In this document: positions 16,381 to 24,424 of the stretch, piece by piece
Layout: each line of letters opens with the position of its first letter
Position numbering within the stretch: the stretch's first letter is position 1
Origin: a virus
Length of the DNA: 45,427 bases
Virus record (IMG/VR): IMGVR_UViG_3300045988_086513
Span: 1 to 45,427 of that record
Strand: one strand, 5' to 3'
The notes under the pieces: model-generated
Database searches by the model: none
The model's input: the letters and a program-made list of their open reading frames with translations, nothing else
What the model was told of the DNA's origin: nothing
Program-made: the position numbers and the translations under genes

Positions 16381-16896
16381 ATGAATTTTAAAGAAGCGTT
16401 TAAACTTATGAAACAGGGAGTAAAAGTAAAACTCCCGGGTTGGAATGGCTACTGGTGTTGGGATGATGATAAACAGACGATTATGATTCATTGCAGACCG
16501 AAAGATTCTGATGAAGGTCAGGGAGAAGTTCTCGATATCCGCGAAACGCAGAGTGTGGAATACACTTTCATGCACACGCAGAGAGATGACTGGATGATTG
16601 CTGATGAGAATAACTGTGGTGTTCTTGGCGGTCAGTCAACATTTGGATTTGGTGATGCTATCCGTTATCTAAAAAGGGGGCTCAAAGTGGCTCGTAAAGG
16701 TTGGAATAGGAAGAAACAGTATATTCAGCTTGCAACCGGTATTTCTTACAAGACAGCGGATGGTGAAGTTGTGAATTGCGAACATGATGCAATCGGAAAC
16801 AAAGCAGTGGCTTTTGTGGGAACATCTGGTGTACAGATGGGATGGCTTGCTTCACAGGCAGATATGTTAGCAGAGGATTGGATTTTCGCAGAATAG
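16381..16896 (+). CDS. Tandem DUF2829 (Tad2-family, anti-Thoeris-like) protein (171 aa)
   Basis: Repeat 1 runs MNFKEAFKLMKQGVKVKLPGWNG...DDWMIAD. Repeat 2 runs FGDAIRYLKRGLKVARKGWN...GWLASQADMLAEDWIF. The start at 16381 was chosen over the GTG at 16345. Confidence 0.7.
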   Translation: MNFKEAFKLMKQGVKVKLPGWNGYWCWDDDKQTIMIHCRPKDSDEGQGEVLDIRETQSVEYTFMHTQRDDWMIADENNCGVLGGQSTFGFGDAIRYLKRGLKVARKGWNRKKQYIQLATGISYKTADGEVVNCEHDAIGNKAVAFVGTSGVQMGWLASQADMLAEDWIFAE

Positions 16897-16910
16897 GAGG
16901 TATCCAGATA

Positions 16911-17180
16911 ATGGACATTTCAACATTAGGCTCATGTATAGCAATCGTTATGATTTGCTACATCGTAGGAATGGGCTGTAAAGCATCAAAAAGAGTCTCC
17001 GATGAATGGATTCCAGTAATCATGGCGGTTATTGGTGGAATTCTCGGAGCAGTCGGAATGGGAGTTATCCCGGACTTCCCAGCAACAGATTATATCACAG
17101 CAGTTGCGGTCGGTATGTTTAACGGGCTGTCGGCTACTGGTGTGAATCAGCTGATCAAACAGAATATTATGAAAGAGTAA
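16911..17180 (+). CDS. Holin (Hol44-like phage holin family)
   Basis: 89 aa with 2-3 TM segments. KASKRVSDEWIPVIMAVIGGILG...GLSATGVNQLIKQ is typical of this holin family. The RBS is GGAGG. Confidence 0.7.
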   Translation: MDISTLGSCIAIVMICYIVGMGCKASKRVSDEWIPVIMAVIGGILGAVGMGVIPDFPATDYITAVAVGMFNGLSATGVNQLIKQNIMKE

Positions 17181-17184
17181 GCTC

Positions 17185-17574
17185 ATGGGCGGTCGAGGAT
17201 CGTCAAGTGGTATGAGCGACAAAGGGAAGCCGTATGGAACGGAATATGAAACATTGTATCAGTTCGGAAACATCAAGTATGTCAGATACAAAGACGGATC
17301 AACAACGGCTCCCATGGAAACGATGACGAAAAACAGGATATATGCAACGATTGACCGCAAGGGAAATGTGAAACATATATCCTTTCATGGCAAAGAAAAT
17401 AAACGACGTAAACAAATTGATCTTGACCATTATCACACAGTTAATGGCAAGAAAGAAAAGCCACATTCGCATTATGGATATCTGCATGATGAGAACGGTA
17501 CCAGAAAGCCAGATGCGAGCGACAGGGCAATCATTGACAAAGTTAATAGAATATGGCAGAATAAAGGAAAGTAG
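17185..17574 (+). CDS. His-rich hypothetical protein (129 aa, MGGRGSSSG...)
   Basis: A well-sized ORF co-oriented with its neighbours. It contains HYHTVNGKKEKPHSHYGYLHDENG. Confidence 0.5.
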   Translation: MGGRGSSSGMSDKGKPYGTEYETLYQFGNIKYVRYKDGSTTAPMETMTKNRIYATIDRKGNVKHISFHGKENKRRKQIDLDHYHTVNGKKEKPHSHYGYLHDENGTRKPDASDRAIIDKVNRIWQNKGK

Positions 17575-17729
17575 TAGTTTAAGAGGGAAAACAGGTACCA
17601 AAACTGTGGCTTTGAGCTACAAATAAAATTCCATGTCAGATTCGCTAAGCAATCCTGTAATAGATAGTCTTTTATAGACTGCGCTGTCTGACCTCAATAG
17701 AGTTTTATTGTTTTGGAAGAATACAAGAT

Positions 17730-17754
17730 TCCGGTTCAAATCCGGACGCTTGCC
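17730..17754 (+). other. Orphan tRNA 3' fragment (T arm plus 3' acceptor strand)
   Basis: TCCGG-TTCAAAT-CCGGA followed by CGCTTGC-C. No complementary 5' acceptor strand lies within 180 nt upstream. Confidence 0.4.
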
Positions 17755-17760
17755 GAACGA

Positions 17761-17799
17761 GAGATGCCATATCAGAAACGATGTGGCGTCTCTTTTTTT
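17761..17799 (+). terminator. Rho-independent terminator
   Basis: A 9-bp stem, GAGATGCCA (17761-69) with TGGCGTCTC (17784-92), followed by T7 (17793-99). Confidence 0.75.
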
Positions 17800-17816
17800 G
17801 CTATAGGAAGGTAACT

Positions 17817-18458
17817 ATGGCAGATAAATCAACTAGCATAGCTTACGAAAATCTAAACCGCCGCATCTTTGAAGGTGTTGGGGAATACGGTATACCGCAG
17901 ATTAAACCGACTGTATTTACAGACGGTTGTGAATTTATTGGATTCAACTACGCCAGGGGAAAGTGCAGCAATCCAGAAGAGAAAGCTGTTCATTTCTTTT
18001 TGGACGATTACCAGTTTGATGCGCTATGGAGAAATCCAGACAGGTATGTGGACAAGCTGAGCAGATTCCGGTACATTCTGACACCGGACTTTAGTACTTA
18101 CACCGATTTCCCTAAAGCTATCCAGATATACAACCATTACCGCAAACACTGGATTGGTGCGTATCTGCAAGAATATGGTTGCCGTGTGATCCCGACAATC
18201 TCATGGAGTACACCAGATTCCTATGATTGGTGCTTTGACGGAGAACCGGACGGTGGAACGGTGGCAGTGTCTTCTGTTGGTTGCATGAACAGTAAGGGCA
18301 AAAAATGCCTATTCTTATCAGGATACAATGCCATGATTGAGCGGTTGCATCCGGAAAGCATTATCTTTTACGGAAAAGTGCCGGAAGAGTGCAAAGGTAA
18401 TATTGTTAGAATCAAAGCATTCCACGATAAATTCACGAAAACAATATGCGAGGGATAG
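17817..18458 (+). CDS. DUF4417-like protein (213 aa)
   Basis: VHFFLDDYQFDALWRNPDRY...LTPDFSTYTDFPKAIQIYNHYRKHWIGAY matches my recollection of DUF4417. Confidence 0.6.
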   Translation: MADKSTSIAYENLNRRIFEGVGEYGIPQIKPTVFTDGCEFIGFNYARGKCSNPEEKAVHFFLDDYQFDALWRNPDRYVDKLSRFRYILTPDFSTYTDFPKAIQIYNHYRKHWIGAYLQEYGCRVIPTISWSTPDSYDWCFDGEPDGGTVAVSSVGCMNSKGKKCLFLSGYNAMIERLHPESIIFYGKVPEECKGNIVRIKAFHDKFTKTICEG

Positions 18459-18467
18459 GAGGGTATT

Positions 18468-18935
18468 ATGTATAGCAAAACAGTGACAGTTTTTAATTAT
18501 CACGAAGATTCCGCAACGGGTGAAGCATACTGGTATCCTCATGTGCTTTCCAACGTTGATCTTAACACCGACAGAGGAGCGATTATCAAGAAGTATGGAC
18601 ATGACGCCGCCGATAAGGCGCAGCTTCACATTTTGTACGGAACTGATCAGACCGGACAAAAAGTAATTCCGGACAAGGATGGCAATGCTGTTCCATGGCT
18701 ACCGCCAAAAGAATGGCAGAAGCAGGAAGGCGACCGATTGATGAATTCCCTTACATTTTCCCTGGAGTCAGACTTCTTCTGGGAGGGTTCCTGGGAAGGT
18801 GGAGTAGTAGCTGACAGTGATTATCGTGGTGGTTTCTATCAGTACATGAATAACAATGAGGATAATGTGTTTAAGATTACCAGTGTGGGCGGACCATATG
18901 ATCTGATACCACATTTTGAGATTTTGGCAAAGTAG
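18468..18935 (+). CDS. Putative neck/head-closure protein
   Basis: Assigned from its position upstream of the major tail gene. MYSKTVTVFNYHED...WYPHVL is recurrent in siphovirus neck modules. Confidence 0.45.
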   Translation: MYSKTVTVFNYHEDSATGEAYWYPHVLSNVDLNTDRGAIIKKYGHDAADKAQLHILYGTDQTGQKVIPDKDGNAVPWLPPKEWQKQEGDRLMNSLTFSLESDFFWEGSWEGGVVADSDYRGGFYQYMNNNEDNVFKITSVGGPYDLIPHFEILAK

Positions 18936-18947
18936 CAAGGAGCAGTT

Positions 18948-19454
18948 ATGGCAGATCTAAAGAAGCCCATCGGCAAAGATGCCACCGGATATGAAATCCT
19001 GACAGAGGCCATGAAAGCACTTCTGAATCAGTATCCTGGTCTGGAGAAGGGCGAAAGAATCAAGTATGAAGAACTTGCCTCGGATGGCGGTATTTCCTTT
19101 TACGCTGACACCGGAGCATTGATCTATTCGGAAAAAGAGGATGTGTGCGGAACGATGCATCAGGTATGCCAGTATCCGTTTCTTGTGGTGTATCGTACGG
19201 CATCCGGCAGAGAGCGGCAGAAACTTTCTATCCAGAAATTTCTGGACAACCTTGGCAAGTGGATATGCCGGGAACCAGTAATTATAAATGGTTTCGAGAC
19301 ACACTTATCTGCTTTCCCGGAGCTTTCGCAGGGGCGGAAGATAAAACGTATCACTCGTGATAACTCTTACGGCACAGAGCCGCAGGAGAGCGGCGTACAG
19401 GACTGGTTGTTACCGATTACAGTCAAGTACGAATACGAGTGGGAGAACTGGTAA
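18948..19454 (+). CDS. Putative tail completion/terminator protein
   Basis: Position only: it is the last gene before the major tail protein. Confidence 0.4.
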   Translation: MADLKKPIGKDATGYEILTEAMKALLNQYPGLEKGERIKYEELASDGGISFYADTGALIYSEKEDVCGTMHQVCQYPFLVVYRTASGRERQKLSIQKFLDNLGKWICREPVIINGFETHLSAFPELSQGRKIKRITRDNSYGTEPQESGVQDWLLPITVKYEYEWENW

Positions 19455-19468
19455 AACTCGTAAGAAAT

Positions 19469-19596
19469 ATTGTCGGAGGTAGTAAATTTCGTTGCAACTA
19501 TACACCCTATGGGTTAAAAGAGATGCAGGAGTGGCGACGCCTGCCCGACAATAAATAGCAATTAACCGGCTATCAATCAGAGATAGTCGCTAACCT
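19469..19596 (+). promoter_or_regulatory. Structured leader upstream of the major tail gene, including copy 2 of the TAACCGGCTAT hairpin
   Basis: Long-range helix ATTGTCGG (19469-76) with CCGACAAT (19545-52). Inner hairpin GCAGG/CCTGC (19525-44). Conserved hairpin at 19567-74/19582-89. Confidence 0.45.
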
Positions 19597-19636
19597 ACAA
19601 GGCCTTTTGAAAATTATGGGCAGAAAGGACATTTCT

Positions 19637-20137
19637 ATGGCAGTTACAGGCAAGATTGATCGTAAATATATGGCTCATTTCATTGATGCGGGTTCCCTTT
19701 GCGGTGGATCCACACCAAAATATGAGCGTCTTGGAAAGGATCTGGAAGAGTACAATATTGAACTCAACCCGGATACCGAAACATCTAAAAATATTCTTGG
19801 AGAATCCACATTCAAACATAACGGCTACGAAGTTTCTTCTGATGCTGATCCGTTCTATGCAGATACCACATCAGATCTGTTCGAAAAGCTTCAGCAGATT
19901 GTAGATGAACGTCTTAAAGATGACAATCTGAAAACAAGTGCAGTTGAAGTACATCTCTGGAAAGAAGCAACAGCCGGTAAATACGAAGCATACAAGCAGG
20001 ATTGTCATGTTGTGCCGACTTCCTACGGCGGTGACACATCCGGCTATCAGATTCCGTTTACCGTGAACTATGTTGGTGAGCGTGTAAAAGGAAAATTCGA
20101 CATCTCTACAAAAGCATTTACAGCAGACAGCGAATGA
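19637..20137 (+). CDS. Major tail protein
   Basis: MAVTGKIDRKYMAHFIDA... is a typical siphovirus major tail protein N-terminus. The start is uncertain (19616 or 19637). 19637 has an AAAGGA RBS. Confidence 0.7.
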   Translation: MAVTGKIDRKYMAHFIDAGSLCGGSTPKYERLGKDLEEYNIELNPDTETSKNILGESTFKHNGYEVSSDADPFYADTTSDLFEKLQQIVDERLKDDNLKTSAVEVHLWKEATAGKYEAYKQDCHVVPTSYGGDTSGYQIPFTVNYVGERVKGKFDISTKAFTADSE

Positions 20138-20159
20138 TCTCGCAAGGAGGACGAACTGA

Positions 20160-20585
20160 ATGGCAAAAACGATCAATACCAAAATTGATGATGGAATTCT
20201 CATCTTTACTTTCACAAACAATCAGGATGAAATTTTCTCTTCTTTTAAAATGAACCCAACTGATGTCAATGTAGCAGCCAGGGCAGAAGAACTGGCAGAC
20301 TACTTCGAACAGCTCAAAGAATCCATTCAGAAAGTTACCTCCGGCAAGGAGATGGCAGAGCTGAATAAGCAGATTGAGGATAAGATCAACTACCTGCTTG
20401 GCTATGAAGCGTCTAAAGACCTGTTTAAAGAACCAATCACAGCAACCACCGTATTCGGAAATGGTCAGGTGTTTGCATACATCGTTCTGGATAAGATCAG
20501 CGAAGCTATCAAGCCGGAAATCGAAAAAAGAAAAAAGAAAATGCAGGCGACCGTCAATAAGTACACAGAGAAGTATACAAAATGA
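20160..20585 (+). CDS. Tail assembly chaperone (gp14-like)
   Basis: Assigned from its position between the major tail protein and the Gp15-like protein. The RBS is AAGGAGG. Confidence 0.5.
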   Translation: MAKTINTKIDDGILIFTFTNNQDEIFSSFKMNPTDVNVAARAEELADYFEQLKESIQKVTSGKEMAELNKQIEDKINYLLGYEASKDLFKEPITATTVFGNGQVFAYIVLDKISEAIKPEIEKRKKKMQATVNKYTEKYTK

Positions 20586-21154
20586 CCGCTTATGAGCTTC
20601 CCACCTCACTCAATATCAGTGGGGTGGATTTTTCTATCAGAACAGATTTCCGTGCGATCATTGATATTCTCATTGCCTTCAATGATCCAGAGCTGAACGA
20701 TTATGCCAGGAAGATCGTCATGGTAAAAATCCTCTACGAAGACTGGCAGAGTATACCAATTGAGCATCTGGAGGAAGCTTGTCAAAAGGCTTGTGAGTTT
20801 ATCGACTGTGGACAGTCAGAGGATGATCCAAACCATCCTAAACCCCGTCTGATGGACTGGGAGCAGGACGGCGATATGATTATCCCGGCGGTGAACAAAG
20901 CAGCTCATCAAGAAGTAAGAGCAGCGCCATATATGCATTGGTGGACTTTCTTTTCTTATTTTATGGAATCTGGTGAATGCCTTTTTAACACAGTGGTTGG
21001 AATCCGCTCTAAAAAGGCAAAAGGCGAGAAACTGGATAAATGGGAAGAGAAGTTTTACAAGGAAAACAGGAAAACCATTGATATAAAAACACGTCTCAGC
21101 GACGAGGAGCAAGCGTACAAGGATGCGCTGAATGAGATGTTGAACCTCAAATAG
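20582..21154 (+). CDS. Bacteriophage Gp15-family tail assembly protein
   Basis: LPTSLNISGVDFSIRTDFRAIIDILIAFNDPEL is typical of the Gp15 family. ATGA overlap with the upstream gene. Confidence 0.65.
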   Translation: MTAYELPTSLNISGVDFSIRTDFRAIIDILIAFNDPELNDYARKIVMVKILYEDWQSIPIEHLEEACQKACEFIDCGQSEDDPNHPKPRLMDWEQDGDMIIPAVNKAAHQEVRAAPYMHWWTFFSYFMESGECLFNTVVGIRSKKAKGEKLDKWEEKFYKENRKTIDIKTRLSDEEQAYKDALNEMLNLK

Positions 21155-21169
21155 TTAGGAGGTGGATAC

Positions 21170-24016
21170 ATGGCTGCTGATGGCTCAATCATTATTGATA
21201 CCCGGCTTGATACGTCTGGCATTGATAATGGAGTGTCGAGAATCAAACAGTCATTTGACGGCCTTGGCAGTGCTGTAAAAAAAATCGGAATACTCATCGG
21301 CAGTGCATTCGCCGTCGGTAAGCTGGTACAGTTCAGCCGGGAGTGTATAGCGCTTGGCTCTGACCTTGCCGAAGTACAGAACGTTGTAGATGTCACATTT
21401 ACAACCATGTCCGATAAGGTCAACGAATTTGCCAAGAATGCCATGACTTCCGCAGGTCTGTCGGAAACGATGGCAAAGCAGTATGTCGGCACGTTCGGAG
21501 CGATGTCCAAGTCGTTTGGTTTCTCAGAAGCACAGGCTTATGATATGTCAACAGCTTTGACACAGCTGACTGGTGATGTAGCTTCTTTTTATAACATCAG
21601 CCAGGATTTGGCATATATCAAGCTGAAATCAGTCTTCACGGGTGAGACTGAGACGCTGAAAGACCTCGGCGTGGTAATGACCCAGTCGGCACTCGATCAG
21701 TATGCACTGGCAAATGGCTACGGTAAAACCACATCTGCCATGACGGAGCAGGAGAAAGTAGCTCTCCGTCTCAAATTCGTACAGGATCAGCTTTCAGCAG
21801 CATCTGGTGATTTTGTCCGTACTTCTGATTCTTGGGCGAACCAGGTCAGAGTAATGCAGTTACAGCTGCAATCTCTCAAGGCGACCATTGGACAAGGGTT
21901 AATCAATGTATTTACCCCTGTTATCCGTGTAATCAACATTCTTCTCGGCAAGTTGGCAACTCTGGCGAATGCTTTCAAATCATTCACGGAACTGATTACC
22001 GGAAAGAAATCATCCGGCAGTACCGGGGCGAGTGGAGCAGGGCTGACCGGCACAGATGCGGTAGCTGATACAGTAGATGCCTACGGTGATGCAGCGGATA
22101 ATGCGGAGAAGCTGGCAGATGCCAACAAAGACAATGCTACAGCTACGAAAAAGGCTGAAAAAGAAACCAAGAATTATCTTTCTGTCCTGGACGAAATTTC
22201 CAAAGTATCATCTACGTCTGATGGAAGTACATCCACTCCATCTACATCTGGAAGCAGTGGTGGAACAGGATCCAGTCTGCCAAGTGCAGTCGGAAATGTG
22301 GACTATGGCAGTCTGGCAGAAGGCGAGACCGCGCTGGACAAGATCAGCGAATCCGCTCAGAAACTTGCCGACCTGCTTAAGAAGCTGTGGAAGCCATTCC
22401 AGGATGCCTGGAAAAAAGAAGGCAAGAATACCATTGATGCCGCACAGTTTGCCTTTTCCAGTCTCGGAACACTTGCCAAAAGTGTAGGCAAAAGTATCGT
22501 TGAAGTCTGGACAAATGGAACTGGCACAACGATGCTGGAAACTATGCTCCGGATCGCTCAGAATGTCCTTAAAACCATTGGAAACATTGCGAAAGGCTTC
22601 GCGGATGCATGGAACAAGAACAATGTCGGAACTCAGATTATCCAGAACATTGCAGATGCTCTTGTGGTGGTCATGCAGTTTGTTGAGAAGATTGCAGAAG
22701 ATACGGCAACATGGGCTGCGAATCTGGATTTCTATCCGTTATTGGAATCTATCAGTAATCTGACAGCAACTTTTGCGCCAATTCTGGAAGCAATTGGAAA
22801 TGTTCTGGAAGGAATTTACAATAACATCGTCCTTCCGATGCTCACATGGGCGATTGAAACCGGACTTCCAACTGTAATCAATCTGGTGTCAAATCTCCTT
22901 GGATTCTTTGCGGATCATCAGTCGATCATTGAAGCATTCGGTGCAGCTTTGATTGGAGCATTTGCGGCGGTTCAAATCGGCGAAGCTGTAACATCCATAA
23001 TGGGACTTATTACCACACTCGGAGAGGGAATCAGTGGACTTATAGCACTGATGACTGGATCCGGTGGAATCATTGGAGGCTTGACAGCGATAGCAACAGC
23101 TATTGGACCAGGAGGACTTGTGATTGCCGCCATTGCAGCAGCTATTGCTGCAGGAGTACTGTTATATAAAAACTGGGACAAGGTCAAGGAAGTTGCAGGA
23201 ATCGTAGCATCTGCTGTTGTTGGCTTTTTTAAAGCAATGGGCGAGGGTGTGAGTGCACTTCTTACTGATTTAAAAGATGCCTTTGTAGGAATTTGGGATG
23301 CAATAAGCAAACTTACATCGTCTGTCTGGAAAGCAGTTTCCGGATTCGTAGTTTCCAAAACACGTGAAATGGCAGAAGCAGCGACTAGGAAAATCAGGGA
23401 CATGGGAGGAAAGATTTCGACGTTGTGGAACAGCATAAAAACCAATGCAGAACAAATCTGGAAAAACATTGTAACGACTGTAGGAAATAAGGTTTCAGAT
23501 ATTTACACGGGAATTGTCAATAAGTTTACGTCTGCCAAGGACAGAGTAGTAGAAATTTTCGGAGGCATCCGTGATACCATCCGGGACATTCTCAACAAAG
23601 TTATCGGCATCGTTAACGGAGCAATCGGAACTGTTAACAGTGCGATCGGAGGCATCGAATCCGCGTTTTCCTTCGGTCCGTGGAAAGTGCCGACTCCGTT
23701 CGGCTCAAGAACCATCGGATTTACCGCAAGTTTTCCAAGAGTTCCAACAGTTCCGTATCTGGCTAAAGGTGCAGTCATTCCGCCAAGATCTGAATTTCTT
23801 GCAGTACTTGGAGATCAGAAGAATGGACGGAACCTGGAAGCACCTGAGGGTGTGATCCGGGAGATCATCGAAGATGCCCTTGCCAAGAATCAGGGCGGCG
23901 GTGGCGATACCAGATTGACAGTACTGCTTAATCGCAGAGTACTGTTTGACGAATTTATCAAAGAAGCAAGGACAAGAAGAGATTCAAGTGGTGTCAACCC
24001 ATTTGAACTGGCGTAG
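21170..24016 (+). CDS. Tape measure protein (948 aa)
   Basis: Assigned from size, position, and the Gly/Ala-rich TM-like central region. Confidence 0.85.
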   Translation: MAADGSIIIDTRLDTSGIDNGVSRIKQSFDGLGSAVKKIGILIGSAFAVGKLVQFSRECIALGSDLAEVQNVVDVTFTTMSDKVNEFAKNAMTSAGLSETMAKQYVGTFGAMSKSFGFSEAQAYDMSTALTQLTGDVASFYNISQDLAYIKLKSVFTGETETLKDLGVVMTQSALDQYALANGYGKTTSAMTEQEKVALRLKFVQDQLSAASGDFVRTSDSWANQVRVMQLQLQSLKATIGQGLINVFTPVIRVINILLGKLATLANAFKSFTELITGKKSSGSTGASGAGLTGTDAVADTVDAYGDAADNAEKLADANKDNATATKKAEKETKNYLSVLDEISKVSSTSDGSTSTPSTSGSSGGTGSSLPSAVGNVDYGSLAEGETALDKISESAQKLADLLKKLWKPFQDAWKKEGKNTIDAAQFAFSSLGTLAKSVGKSIVEVWTNGTGTTMLETMLRIAQNVLKTIGNIAKGFADAWNKNNVGTQIIQNIADALVVVMQFVEKIAEDTATWAANLDFYPLLESISNLTATFAPILEAIGNVLEGIYNNIVLPMLTWAIETGLPTVINLVSNLLGFFADHQSIIEAFGAALIGAFAAVQIGEAVTSIMGLITTLGEGISGLIALMTGSGGIIGGLTAIATAIGPGGLVIAAIAAAIAAGVLLYKNWDKVKEVAGIVASAVVGFFKAMGEGVSALLTDLKDAFVGIWDAISKLTSSVWKAVSGFVVSKTREMAEAATRKIRDMGGKISTLWNSIKTNAEQIWKNIVTTVGNKVSDIYTGIVNKFTSAKDRVVEIFGGIRDTIRDILNKVIGIVNGAIGTVNSAIGGIESAFSFGPWKVPTPFGSRTIGFTASFPRVPTVPYLAKGAVIPPRSEFLAVLGDQKNGRNLEAPEGVIREIIEDALAKNQGGGGDTRLTVLLNRRVLFDEFIKEARTRRDSSGVNPFELA

Positions 24017-24019
24017 GAG

Positions 24020-24424
24020 GTGACAGTGTTGGCAAACATAAGCAAGGATGAAAAAATCCAGATGAATGGCACTGTCATCTGGCAGCCTGACAAAGACATG
24101 GCGTATTCCTTTGCAACGACCTATTCAGAGGGCAGCAACCGGACGCAGTACGGTGTAGGACGGTTTACACCGCTGTTTACGGTTGAGCAGTATGGATATG
24201 CTGCTAAGAATATTCCTCTGGCAGAAGTAACAAAGATTCTGAAGATTATAGCAAAAGGACATAACTTTACGCTGCATCATTTTTCTTTATATCATGGTGC
24301 ATGGAGAAATGATCCTTTCTATGTTGGGAAATCCGGAAGCATAACTATCGGGGAGTTGTCACCTGATGGCAAATACATATCAAATCTATCTTTCAATATG
24401 ACGGGGGTGAATCCTATTGATTAA
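24020..24424 (+). CDS. Putative distal tail protein (small, 134 aa)
   Basis: Lies immediately after the tape measure gene. The start is non-ATG (GTG at 24020, GTG at 24026 or TTG at 24029), so the exact start is uncertain. Confidence 0.45.
   Translation: MTVLANISKDEKIQMNGTVIWQPDKDMAYSFATTYSEGSNRTQYGVGRFTPLFTVEQYGYAAKNIPLAEVTKILKIIAKGHNFTLHHFSLYHGAWRNDPFYVGKSGSITIGELSPDGKYISNLSFNMTGVNPID

Noticed and set aside
20160-21154. Looked for the canonical -1 programmed frameshift in the tail chaperone pair
   Set aside because: The two genes are joined by a simple ATGA stop/start overlap and each has its own start. No slippery heptamer with an extended alternative frame was seen.
21055-23778. Multiple antisense or out-of-frame ORFs inside the tape measure gene
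   Set aside because: They are by-products of the Gly/Ala-rich repetitive coding sequence. The 948-aa plus-strand frame explains the region.
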